Shown: one piece after another, positions 8,011 to 16,413 of the stretch
Position numbering within the stretch: position 1 is the stretch's first letter
How the letters are laid out: each line of letters begins with the position of its first letter
Assembly (NCBI GenBank): GCA_017995595.1
Contig: JAGOIO010000001.1
Location: 1 to 26,773, forward strand
DNA from: a bacterium
Lineage (GTDB): Bacteria > Cyanobacteriota > Vampirovibrionia > Gastranaerophilales > Gastranaerophilaceae
Reading direction: 5' to 3'
DNA length: 26,773 nucleotides
Notes under the pieces: model-generated
Seen by the model: only the letters and a program-made list of their open reading frames with translations
Told to the model about the DNA's origin: nothing
Database searches by the model: none
Position numbers and translations under genes: made by a program

Positions 8011-10111
8011 TTATTTCTTTTATCCTTAAAGCTGAATATTTTTTATATTCATTTTCTTCTTTTTCTGAGGCAACATATTTTTTGTAATACGTCAATGCCT
8101 CTTTTGTCTTTCTCAATGAGTCATAATCTACTGCTATTAAATAATTTACAACCTTTAAATCCGGAGCATACATTATCGCTTTCTTGTAATCAAGAATTGC
8201 CAATGGATAATGCTTCAAGTCATCAGAAATTAATGCCCTATAATAGTATGCATATCCGGTTTTTGGTGCTTCTGAAATTATTACATTCAGTTTTGTCAAA
8301 GCTTCTCTATATTGTTTTTTATCATATAAATCTATTGCTTTATCTAACAATTTTACAGCAGACTGTTCCTTGACATATTTCATCAACTCTACTGCCCTTG
8401 AGTTATTCTTATTTATTAATAAAGCTTTTGATAAATAGTACTTTGCTTCTTCAAAATTCTCTTTATCAGTATCCAATGCCGCAATATAATAAGCAACATC
8501 GGAGCTTGAACTTCTCATTGTAAATGCCTTTTTATAATATTCAAGAGCTTTTGCATCATCTTTTAAGCCACTGTAACAAGCCGCAATTCCCACAATAGAA
8601 TCATACGTTTGAGGTTTTATTGAACTATAAATATCTAATGCCTTTGAAAAATCATTTTTATTATATGCTTCAGAAGCATCAACCATTTTATTAGAAAGTC
8701 CTTCTTGAGAACAATCTTTTATAGTCTTTAATACATCAGCATTTGCTGGGAATTTTTCTTTTGCAGTTTGAAGAATTGCCATAGCTTGTGGTAAATCGCT
8801 TTTTTGTTTATAAGCAATAGCTAAATTCACATACGCATCAGGATTTGTTGTATCTAATTTTAGAACTTCTTTATAGCAAAGTATGGCATCATCTATACGA
8901 CTTTTCTTATGCAAATCCAATGCATAGTCATAAATAGTATCCGCAGCTTCCGTCTGATTTTTCGCATTTTGTTCCGTAAAAGTCAAATACTCAGAAACAG
9001 ACATTGAAGTTCTTGTCATATCGGCAAGTGCTTCCTTTGCATCTGTATTATTTGCATCTCGTTCCAAAACTTTTTTATATGCAGCTATTGCACTAGGCGT
9101 ATCGCCTTTCGCCTGATAACATTGAGCTTTATATAAACCTGCTGACACATTATCAGGATACAACATTAATATACTGTTATACGCTGTTATTGCCGAATCG
9201 TATTCTTTCTTTTGCTGATAAAGCGTACCTAAATTTAATCTTGTAGTAACACTTGTCGGATCTAATTCTCCGGCTTTTGAATAAAACTGCAAAGCATCAT
9301 CATATTTATTTTCCTTTTGTAAAATTGCACCTAAATTAGCCGTCAACTCTGCATCATTTGGTGCTAATTCCAACTTTTCTCTATAAATTTTTTCTAATGC
9401 TAACAAAATTTCAGGATTATTTTCACTTTTTGCCAAGGCATAATTATATTCATTGACAGCTTCATCACCTCGACCTAACTTATCTAACAATTTTGCATAT
9501 TTTAATCTTAACGTTGCATCTGTTTGAGATACGCTTATTGCTTTACGATAATACTCTCCAGCCATTGGTTCATTACCCAAAATTTTAAGAATATCACCAA
9601 TTTGCTCATAAGAATCTTTTTTATAAGCATTTACACTTGTACTTTGTGCAAATTCATAGCCTGCTTCAGGAAAATGTCCATCTGCTCTAAAATCTTTGGC
9701 TGTCTTATATCTGTTTTGAGGAGAAGTATTGAATTTTGCTTCTTTTAAACAAATCGCCAAATTTCCTGTAGCATTTGAGATTGCAGAAGTTGAATTTAAT
9801 ACATCTTGTGAATTTGGATAATATTTTAAATAAAATAATGCTGCTCTATAGTCATTTGCAGCACTATTCCAATCTTTGTCCTTATTTGCAAAATAAGTAC
9901 CTCTGGCAAGGTAAGAATTTACAAGTCCGATTCTTGCTGAATTATCAAGGTAATTAATACGTAAAGCCTTTTTAAACTCCATTATTGCACTGGAATATTG
10001 AAATTGTGCAAGATATTGTTGCCCTGCATTATAATACTGTGCAAAATCCGCAAATACGATATTACAAGTTCCAAAACATAAACAAATTAAGGTAAATATA
10101 AATTTTTTCAT
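7997..10111 (-). CDS. Exported multi-TPR protein (704 aa)
   Basis: Signal-like MKKFIFTLICLCFGTCNIVFA; many TPR units (e.g. LNLGTLYQQKKEYDSAITAYNSILMLYPDN); SD GAGGAG; 14-nt overlap with the dusB start. Confidence 0.9.
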   Translation of the reverse strand: MKKFIFTLICLCFGTCNIVFADFAQYYNAGQQYLAQFQYSSAIMEFKKALRINYLDNSARIGLVNSYLARGTYFANKDKDWNSAANDYRAALFYLKYYPNSQDVLNSTSAISNATGNLAICLKEAKFNTSPQNRYKTAKDFRADGHFPEAGYEFAQSTSVNAYKKDSYEQIGDILKILGNEPMAGEYYRKAISVSQTDATLRLKYAKLLDKLGRGDEAVNEYNYALAKSENNPEILLALEKIYREKLELAPNDAELTANLGAILQKENKYDDALQFYSKAGELDPTSVTTRLNLGTLYQQKKEYDSAITAYNSILMLYPDNVSAGLYKAQCYQAKGDTPSAIAAYKKVLERDANNTDAKEALADMTRTSMSVSEYLTFTEQNAKNQTEAADTIYDYALDLHKKSRIDDAILCYKEVLKLDTTNPDAYVNLAIAYKQKSDLPQAMAILQTAKEKFPANADVLKTIKDCSQEGLSNKMVDASEAYNKNDFSKALDIYSSIKPQTYDSIVGIAACYSGLKDDAKALEYYKKAFTMRSSSSDVAYYIAALDTDKENFEEAKYYLSKALLINKNNSRAVELMKYVKEQSAVKLLDKAIDLYDKKQYREALTKLNVIISEAPKTGYAYYYRALISDDLKHYPLAILDYKKAIMYAPDLKVVNYLIAVDYDSLRKTKEALTYYKKYVASEKEENEYKKYSALRIKEINAKY

Positions 10112-10201
10112 AATCTACTCCTCTAATTCATGATAATCAAAAAACAAACATAAACAATACCCGAGTGTTTAAAGACTTAACAATCTTTTACCCCTTAATA
10201 T

Positions 10202-10238
10202 AAAAATATAGGAATTTGCAATACTGCAAACTCCTATA
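10202..10238 (-). terminator. Intrinsic terminator after hcp
   Basis: Minus strand TATAGGAGTTTGCA-GTAT-TGCAAATTCCTATA followed by TTTTT. Confidence 0.8.
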
Positions 10239-10269
10239 ACTGTATAGTAGAGTAGTTTAGAAATTTTAA

Positions 10270-11808
10270 CTAAGCAAGAAGCTCTTTTAAATCCATTTCA
10301 GGAGTAGTTATCGGTTTTATCTTAAATTTTTCTACCAATATATTAAGAACATTCGCAGAAACAAAAGCCGGTAATGTCGGACCAAGTTTTATATTTTCAA
10401 TACCTAAATACAAAAGAGTTAACAACACACAAACAGCTTTCTGCTCATACCAAGAAAGGACAAAAGAAAGTGGTAACTCATTAACCGTACACCCAAACGC
10501 CTTTGAAAGAGCTACTGCTATTTGGACTGCAGAATAAGCATCATTACACTGTCCAATATCTAGCAGTCTTGGAATTCCATCAATATCGCCCAAATTCATA
10601 TCATTAAATCTATACTTACCACAAGCCAAAGTTAATATGATAGAATCTTTTGGAGACTGTTTTACAAACTCTGTATAATAATTTCTTCCGCTTTTTGCAC
10701 CATCACACCCGCCAACTAAGAAGAAATGTTTTATTTTTCCAGCTTTAACAGCTCCTATAACTTTATCGGCAACACTTAGAACGGCATGGTGTCCAAACCC
10801 TGTCAATAAAGTATCTCCACCATTTATCCCTGTCATTACTCTGTCTTGGTCATAACCTCCAAGCTCAATAGCTTTCTCTATAACAGGTGTAAAATCCTTG
10901 TTTTTGTCAATATGAACACACTCAGGATACTCTACAACTGACGTTGTAAAAACTCTATCCTTGTAACTGTCTTTAACTGGCATTATACAGTTTGTTGTAA
11001 ATAAAACTGCTGCCGGCACATTATCAAATTCCTTTTGTTGATTTTGCCATGCTGTTCCAAAATTTCCTTTTAAATGTGAATATTTCTTTAATTTCGGATA
11101 TGCATTACAAGGTAACATTTCACCGTGGGTATAAATATTTACACCTTTTCCCTCAGTCTGCTCTAACAACAATTCTAAATCCTTTAAATCATGCCCGGTT
11201 ACAATAATAAAAGGACCTTTTTCTATTTTCATTGTAACTTTTGTCGGTTCGGGATTTCCATAAGTTTCGGTATTTGCCTTATCCAACAACTCCATACATT
11301 TAAGATTTATTTCACCTGTCTTTAAAACAATTGGTAATAATTCATCTGTTGTCATTTTTGATGAAATGACTCTCAAGGCTTCATAGAAAAAATTGTTAAC
11401 TTCACTGTTTTCATAGCCTAAAATATGAGCATGATGTGCATAAGCGGCAACACCTTTTAACCCAAACAAGATAAGAGATTTTAAACTCCTTTCGTCCTCA
11501 TTACAATTCCAAACATCTGAAATATTGAAGTTTGAAGGTCTTTCACAAGAACTTTTTACCTTTTCTATAAGATTTTTTATGGTTTCACTATCAAAATTAA
11601 CATTAGTAATAGTCGTAAATAATCCATCTATTATAAGTCTTGTGTTTTTTGAACTTTTTTCTCCACAAGTTGCCAGTTTAATAACAGAACTTGTCAATTC
11701 ATCTTGAAGATTTGCAACTTCCGCACTCTTTCCACAAACTCCACAAGTTGTACACCCCTGACATTTTGCGGTTTGCTCACATTGGAAACAAAACATTTTT
11801 TCTACCAT
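10270..11808 (-). CDS. hcp: Hybrid cluster protein (hydroxylamine/NO reductase)
   Basis: MFCFQCEQTA...CGVCGK, VTGHD, YTHGEMLP, GNFGTAWQNQQKEF, FTTNC, GGCDG, LACGKYRF, GQCNDAYSA, LSWYEQKA. Confidence 0.97.
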   Translation of the reverse strand: MVEKMFCFQCEQTAKCQGCTTCGVCGKSAEVANLQDELTSSVIKLATCGEKSSKNTRLIIDGLFTTITNVNFDSETIKNLIEKVKSSCERPSNFNISDVWNCNEDERSLKSLILFGLKGVAAYAHHAHILGYENSEVNNFFYEALRVISSKMTTDELLPIVLKTGEINLKCMELLDKANTETYGNPEPTKVTMKIEKGPFIIVTGHDLKDLELLLEQTEGKGVNIYTHGEMLPCNAYPKLKKYSHLKGNFGTAWQNQQKEFDNVPAAVLFTTNCIMPVKDSYKDRVFTTSVVEYPECVHIDKNKDFTPVIEKAIELGGYDQDRVMTGINGGDTLLTGFGHHAVLSVADKVIGAVKAGKIKHFFLVGGCDGAKSGRNYYTEFVKQSPKDSIILTLACGKYRFNDMNLGDIDGIPRLLDIGQCNDAYSAVQIAVALSKAFGCTVNELPLSFVLSWYEQKAVCVLLTLLYLGIENIKLGPTLPAFVSANVLNILVEKFKIKPITTPEMDLKELLA

Positions 11809-11852
11809 ATTATCTTCCTTTCTGTTTTAAATTTTTATATTAGTATATTGGT

Positions 11853-11881
11853 ACTATAATACCATTTATATAAAAAGTCAA
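11853..11881 (-). promoter_or_regulatory. Sigma70 promoter of hcp with overlapping inverted repeat
   Basis: TTGACT (11881-11876), 17 nt, TATAGT (11858-11853); TGGTA-N6-TACCA at 11849-11864 overlaps the -10. Confidence 0.7.
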
Positions 11882-11913
11882 TCCTTTTTTTCTTAGCAAA
11901 CTTAAATAAAAAG

Positions 11914-12672
11914 TTATTTACCACAAGGACATTTTGGAGCAGGTCCTTCAGGAGCTGGTCCCATTGGTCCTTCAGGTCCCATTGGAGCAGGTCCCATTTC
12001 TGGTCCTGGTCCCATAGGTGGTTTGTGAGCATTACCATGACGATGGCATTTGCAAGGCTTCATAGCTTTGAATTTAGCTTGTTGGTCTGCAGTCAAAATA
12101 GAAGCAAATTGTTTTCTTGAAGTTTCCATGTGAGCTTTCAAAGCTTTCTTAGCTGACTTCAAAGCACGTTCTTGTTTATAAATTGCCAAGAAACCTGCCT
12201 TTTTAGCTCTTAGAGCATGCAACTTACCTTTTTGAATACGAACATTGTCAAATAAAGGTTCAGCTGATTCTCTGTTTGTCTTATCCAAAGCTTCAGCTTT
12301 TGCTTTTTGAGCATCTGTCAAACCTAGTTTGTTATAGAAACAATCTCTTCTTTGAGCCATTTTTTCTTCAAATTGTTGTTTTGCAAGTTGTTCAGGAGTT
12401 AATGTAACTTCAGGAGTTGCAGTCTTATTTGCAACAGGAGTTACTTTAGCTGATTTCTTTACACATTTCTTGCAATTTTTCTTAGCAACTACTACATTAT
12501 TCTTTTTAGCTACAACAGTTGTAGTCTTTGAAACAACAACAGTAGTTGTTTTTTGAACTGCAACAGGTGCTTTTACAGGTGTTTTTGTTTCAACAGCAGT
12601 TGTTCCTGCAGCAAGTGCAGATGTAGCTGTTAATGCCAAACACACAGATAGTGATAAAATTTGTTTTTTCAT
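11914..12672 (-). CDS. Spy/CpxP-family (LTXXQ) periplasmic protein with Cys/His/Met-rich extensions
   Basis: Start revised to ATG 12672 (SD GAAGGAG); signal MKKQILSLSVCLALTATSALA; LGLTDAQ and ILTADQQ motifs; C-terminal MGP repeats. Confidence 0.8.
   Translation of the reverse strand: MKKQILSLSVCLALTATSALAAGTTAVETKTPVKAPVAVQKTTTVVVSKTTTVVAKKNNVVVAKKNCKKCVKKSAKVTPVANKTATPEVTLTPEQLAKQQFEEKMAQRRDCFYNKLGLTDAQKAKAEALDKTNRESAEPLFDNVRIQKGKLHALRAKKAGFLAIYKQERALKSAKKALKAHMETSRKQFASILTADQQAKFKAMKPCKCHRHGNAHKPPMGPGPEMGPAPMGPEGPMGPAPEGPAPKCPCGK
11957..12015 (-). repeat. Four GGTCCCAT copies encoding Met-Gly-Pro repeats
   Basis: ggtcccat at 11957, 11975, 11990 and 12008. Confidence 0.85.
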
Positions 12673-12793
12673 AAAAAACGCTCCTTCCAATGCTATTTCT
12701 ACTATGAAAACATTTCACGAACAAAATGATTTTACTTCTAAAAATTCAAAAATCAATCCCCCAAAAACATATATTTTGTGATAGTATTAGAAT

Positions 12794-13165
12794 ATGGACA
12801 ATTCAGAATTAAGAAATTTTGCATACTTAGGTGATGCAGTTTGGGAACTTTTTGTAAGAGAAATAACTGTTAATCTGACTAATAACCCTAAGAAATTGCA
12901 TTCTATTACAATTCAAAGAGTCAATGCATCTTATCAAGCTCAAATGCTAAATCTTTTAAGCAATGATTTTACAGAAGAAGAATCTGAAATTGTAAGGCGA
13001 GCAAGGAACTTGCCTGTTCCAATTTCACGAAGACACATTCAATCTGAATATAGGCAAGCTACAGCTTTCGAGGCTATTATTGGGTACTGGCATTTAACCG
13101 ACAAGTCTAAGCTTTTATCTAAGTTTGAGTTTATGAAATCACAATTTAGTGAGGAACAACATTAA
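12794..13165 (+). CDS. mrnC: Mini-ribonuclease III
   Basis: FAYLGDAVWEL, RRARN and YRQATAFEAIIGY; 123 aa with no dsRBD. Confidence 0.93.
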   Translation: MDNSELRNFAYLGDAVWELFVREITVNLTNNPKKLHSITIQRVNASYQAQMLNLLSNDFTEEESEIVRRARNLPVPISRRHIQSEYRQATAFEAIIGYWHLTDKSKLLSKFEFMKSQFSEEQH

Positions 13166-14612
13166 TTAACAAGTCATAAACACTTTGCATAACGCTATCC
13201 CAATCGCCCTCTGTCGGTTGTCTGAATAATTTTACATTCTTATACCAAGGACTATAGCTCAAATCGTTATGCCATCTCCAATTATATTTACGTGGTAACA
13301 AAACAAAACAATCTTTTGCCATAGCACCTGCAAGATGGGCAATAGATGTATCATTACAAATGACTAAATCTAAGTTATCAACAGCGGCAGCAGTCTTTGA
13401 AAAATCATCAAATTCAGGTGCCAAATCCGTAATTTCAAATTTACAATTTTCTAATTGTTCAACACCAGGACCTTTTTGTAAAGAGTATATTTTTACATTT
13501 GGAAGTTGTGCAATTTTTTCAAAAGCCTCTATATTGATTATTCTATTCAAACCTATTTCGGCATTTCCTTCCCACTTTATACCTATTTTAAAGGCATTAT
13601 TATTAAAATATTTTTCTCTAAAGTATGAGGCAATATTTAAGTCAGGGTGCAAATATCCGCTTGCAAAAGGAATTCCTGTCAACATATTTTGGGTATAAAA
13701 TGCCAAACTCATTATTGGAATAAAATAATCAAATTTAATTGCTTCATTCGGTGTTCCTGAAGTTATAATTCCTATATCTTTAAAATTTTCATCAAAGAAA
13801 GAAACTAAATCATTTTGTGGTGCAAATAAAATTTTTCCACAATATTTTTTTAAAATAGGAATATATCTTGCAAACATTAAAGTATCGCCAAGACCTGCTT
13901 CATACAAGATAAATAGTGTCTTATCTCTTAAATCTTCACCATTCCACATTTTTTTGTTTACTAAAATATTTTCATGAACTTGATTCTGCGTAGCAATACT
14001 CATAGCTTTACTTGGACGACACTCAAATCCTTGCCAACCTTTTTCAAAATCTTTCATTTTTAAATATGAAACAGATAGAAAATAGTTCGTCTCAAGGTCA
14101 TTTGGAACAAATTCCAATGTTTTTTTATAACAATTTATTGCAGTCGGAGTCATATCTTCATCATCAAAAATACCGGCTAAATTAAAATAAATTTCTGGAG
14201 AATTCGGATTTAAAGTCAAGGCTTTCCTATAAGCTTTTATAGAATTTTTTATCTGCTTATTTTCTTTAAAAGCTTTTGCTATAGTAAACCAAGCAGTATA
14301 ATTATCAGGTTCTAAAGCTAATGCTTTCTTTAAAATTTTAATGGCTTCAAGAGAATTTCCACTATCAACGTAAACTCGTCCTAAATTTTCGTAAAAATAT
14401 GCACAAGGATTTAACTCAACCGCTGATTTTATTAAGTCTATTGCCTCTGAAAACTCCTGCTTTTGATACTTTAACAATCCATAAAGATTCAAGACATCAG
14501 GCTTTTTAGAGTCTTGATTTAAAATCTCCGCATATAATTTCTCAGCTTCATCTAAATTTCCGTTTTGATGAAAATTCAAAGCTGTTTTTATTAAATCTTT
14601 TACATCTTCCAC
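13146..14612 (-). CDS. TPR + GT-B (GT9-like) glycosyltransferase
   Basis: N-terminal TPRs; EAGLGDTLMFARY, WEGN, DLVICNDTSIAHLAGAM and WRW...SPWY...LFRQ...GDW; GTG start. Confidence 0.88.
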   Translation of the reverse strand: MEDVKDLIKTALNFHQNGNLDEAEKLYAEILNQDSKKPDVLNLYGLLKYQKQEFSEAIDLIKSAVELNPCAYFYENLGRVYVDSGNSLEAIKILKKALALEPDNYTAWFTIAKAFKENKQIKNSIKAYRKALTLNPNSPEIYFNLAGIFDDEDMTPTAINCYKKTLEFVPNDLETNYFLSVSYLKMKDFEKGWQGFECRPSKAMSIATQNQVHENILVNKKMWNGEDLRDKTLFILYEAGLGDTLMFARYIPILKKYCGKILFAPQNDLVSFFDENFKDIGIITSGTPNEAIKFDYFIPIMSLAFYTQNMLTGIPFASGYLHPDLNIASYFREKYFNNNAFKIGIKWEGNAEIGLNRIINIEAFEKIAQLPNVKIYSLQKGPGVEQLENCKFEITDLAPEFDDFSKTAAAVDNLDLVICNDTSIAHLAGAMAKDCFVLLPRKYNWRWHNDLSYSPWYKNVKLFRQPTEGDWDSVMQSVYDLLINVVPH

Positions 14613-14646
14613 TTTTAAAATACCTTAAAAATATTCCAACACTCTG

Positions 14647-14655
14647 ATTATAGCA
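14647..14655 (-). promoter_or_regulatory. Extended -10 promoter (TGCTATAAT) of the TPR-GT gene
   Basis: Perfect TGn-TATAAT 35 nt upstream of the GTG. Confidence 0.65.
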
Positions 14656-14851
14656 TTAAGCACGATATTTTTATATAAATTTTCATTTTTTCGGTAGATT
14701 AGATGAAATTTAATAAAAAATTAACACTATTTAATTTTTAGTTAAGAAATCAAAGTTTTATAAAAAAAAGAGTTATAAGTATAAATGTAGAGACTAAGTT
14801 TTTAATCTCGGTTGTTATTATGTTACTAAGTATAAAAGGAGGGTTGTAACT

Positions 14852-15310
14852 ATGGCAAGTGTAATTTTAAAAAACGGTGTACCTATGAAAAGTAGAAAAA
14901 GTTGGTCAGCTTTCAATGATTTTGACAATTTAATGGAAAAGATTTTTGATACATACCAGCCTTATGCAAATTCAGACTACAATGATATGCAAATTCCAAT
15001 CGAACTGACAGAAAATAAAGATGAATATGTCTATAAAGCTATGCTTCCAGGACTAAAAAAAGAAGATATCAACATTGAAGTAAGTGAAGATTCTATCTCA
15101 ATTTCCGGTGAGTACAAGTCAGAAGATAAATCAGATGATGACTATATGCATATTTCAGAATTTTCTTCAGGAAAATTCTCTCGTTCAATTTCACTACCTC
15201 AAAAGATTGAACATCAAAAAGCAAAAGCCGAGTACAAAGACGGAATATTAACAATAAAGCTTCCTAAATCAGAAAAAGAAGTTAACAAAGTTGTAAAATT
15301 ATCTTTATAA
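14852..15310 (+). CDS. Hsp20/alpha-crystallin small heat shock protein
   Basis: LPGLKKEDINIEV...ISISGE...GKFSRSISLP...KAEYKDGILTIKLPK; SD AAGGAGG. Confidence 0.95.
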   Translation: MASVILKNGVPMKSRKSWSAFNDFDNLMEKIFDTYQPYANSDYNDMQIPIELTENKDEYVYKAMLPGLKKEDINIEVSEDSISISGEYKSEDKSDDDYMHISEFSSGKFSRSISLPQKIEHQKAKAEYKDGILTIKLPKSEKEVNKVVKLSL

Positions 15311-15318
15311 ATTTTACA

Positions 15319-15356
15319 AAAAAGCACCAAACGGATATATCCGTTTGGTGCTTTTT
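15319..15356 (+). terminator. Perfect 38-bp palindrome / intrinsic terminator
   Basis: AAAAAGCACCAAACGGATATATCCGTTTGGTGCTTTTT, followed by CTTTTT. Confidence 0.85.
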
Positions 15357-15421
15357 CTTTTTCTGTGATATATAATAATTGTAATTAAATTAATATGTGT
15401 TTTTTTAATCGGAGGTTTATT

Positions 15422-15970
15422 ATGGATAAAAAACAATTTTTAATACTTTTATCAACACTATCTGCTGTATTTTTTATAGGTGCTTTCTTTGGCACAGGAG
15501 CATTTATCAATAATATGTTTAATACACATTCAGACAGAGTTTTCAAATCTGCGTTTTCCAGTGATGATGCCTTTACAGATGTTGACAAAGCAATAAAAGC
15601 TCAACAAGAAGAAATGGAAAATTTTCATAAACAATTTTTTAATACACCAAACCATAACATGAAAAATTCCGGATTCGTTTTCTTCTCAAACAATGATTTT
15701 TCTAATTCAAGTACAATAAAATCAGAAGAAACAAAAGACATGTACAAAGTTACAGTAAATTTAAAGCAATTCAATAATGATTCAAAAAATGTAAAAGTTA
15801 ACGTAAACAAAAACAGAGTTACAATTAGTGCAAATGCAAAAGATAAAAATAATACATCAAGCGTTTATCAATCTTTTTCACTTCCGTCAAAAATTGATTT
15901 AAAATCTGTAAAACAAGAACAAGAAGGCTCAAATCTTGTAATTACGATTCCCAAAATTACAAAGAAATAG
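15422..15970 (+). CDS. Hsp20-fold protein with N-terminal hydrophobic signal/anchor
   Basis: Start revised to ATG 15422 (SD GGAGG); FLILLSTLSAVFFIGAFFGTG; C-terminal alpha-crystallin-like EETKDMYKVTVNL...QSFSLP...GSNLVITIPK. Confidence 0.8.
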   Translation: MDKKQFLILLSTLSAVFFIGAFFGTGAFINNMFNTHSDRVFKSAFSSDDAFTDVDKAIKAQQEEMENFHKQFFNTPNHNMKNSGFVFFSNNDFSNSSTIKSEETKDMYKVTVNLKQFNNDSKNVKVNVNKNRVTISANAKDKNNTSSVYQSFSLPSKIDLKSVKQEQEGSNLVITIPKITKK

Positions 15971-16411
15971 TTAAAAGCTTTCTGCAACTGTTTTTGCAAT
16001 CGGTGTAAACCAAGGAACAAAACTTACTTGACCAATGAAACTTGTCCAAGTTAAGTAAAGAACAAAGAATGTAACAAAGAATTCAATTATTGAAAATCCA
16101 AAAATCCATTGCATATTCAAATAGAAAGATAATTGCAATAATAGTGTATTAACAAACGGAATAGGGCTTAACAAGTCAACTACCAAGCCTAATCCGTAAC
16201 ATATCAAGAAATATGCACACGAAATAAACAATGATTGAGCAATATTAAATCTCAAGAATTTACTCATTTGCTTATGCGTAATTTTTGCATAAATAAACCA
16301 TAAAAACGCTACAGCACCCATTGATAAATAACTCAAGGCTGAAATAATTCTGTCTCCAAACGCAGGGGAATTAGTTCTTGGTCTTGCACTTCTAACATTT
16401 GAATTTCTCAT
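15971..16411 (-). CDS. Tic20-like / DUF4870-type small membrane protein
   Basis: RIISALSYL...FLRFNIAQSLFI...GQVSFVPWF pattern; about 3-4 hydrophobic segments in 146 aa. Confidence 0.6.
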   Translation of the reverse strand: MRNSNVRSARPRTNSPAFGDRIISALSYLSMGAVAFLWFIYAKITHKQMSKFLRFNIAQSLFISCAYFLICYGLGLVVDLLSPIPFVNTLLLQLSFYLNMQWIFGFSIIEFFVTFFVLYLTWTSFIGQVSFVPWFTPIAKTVAESF

Positions 16412-16413
16412 TA

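Noticed and set aside
11957-12015. Collagen-like domain in the Spy-like protein
   Set aside because: Only about three consecutive G-X-Y triplets; too short for a triple helix.
14613-14851. CIRCE/HrcA site upstream of hsp20
   Set aside because: No TTAGCACTC-N9-GAGTGCTAA match found.
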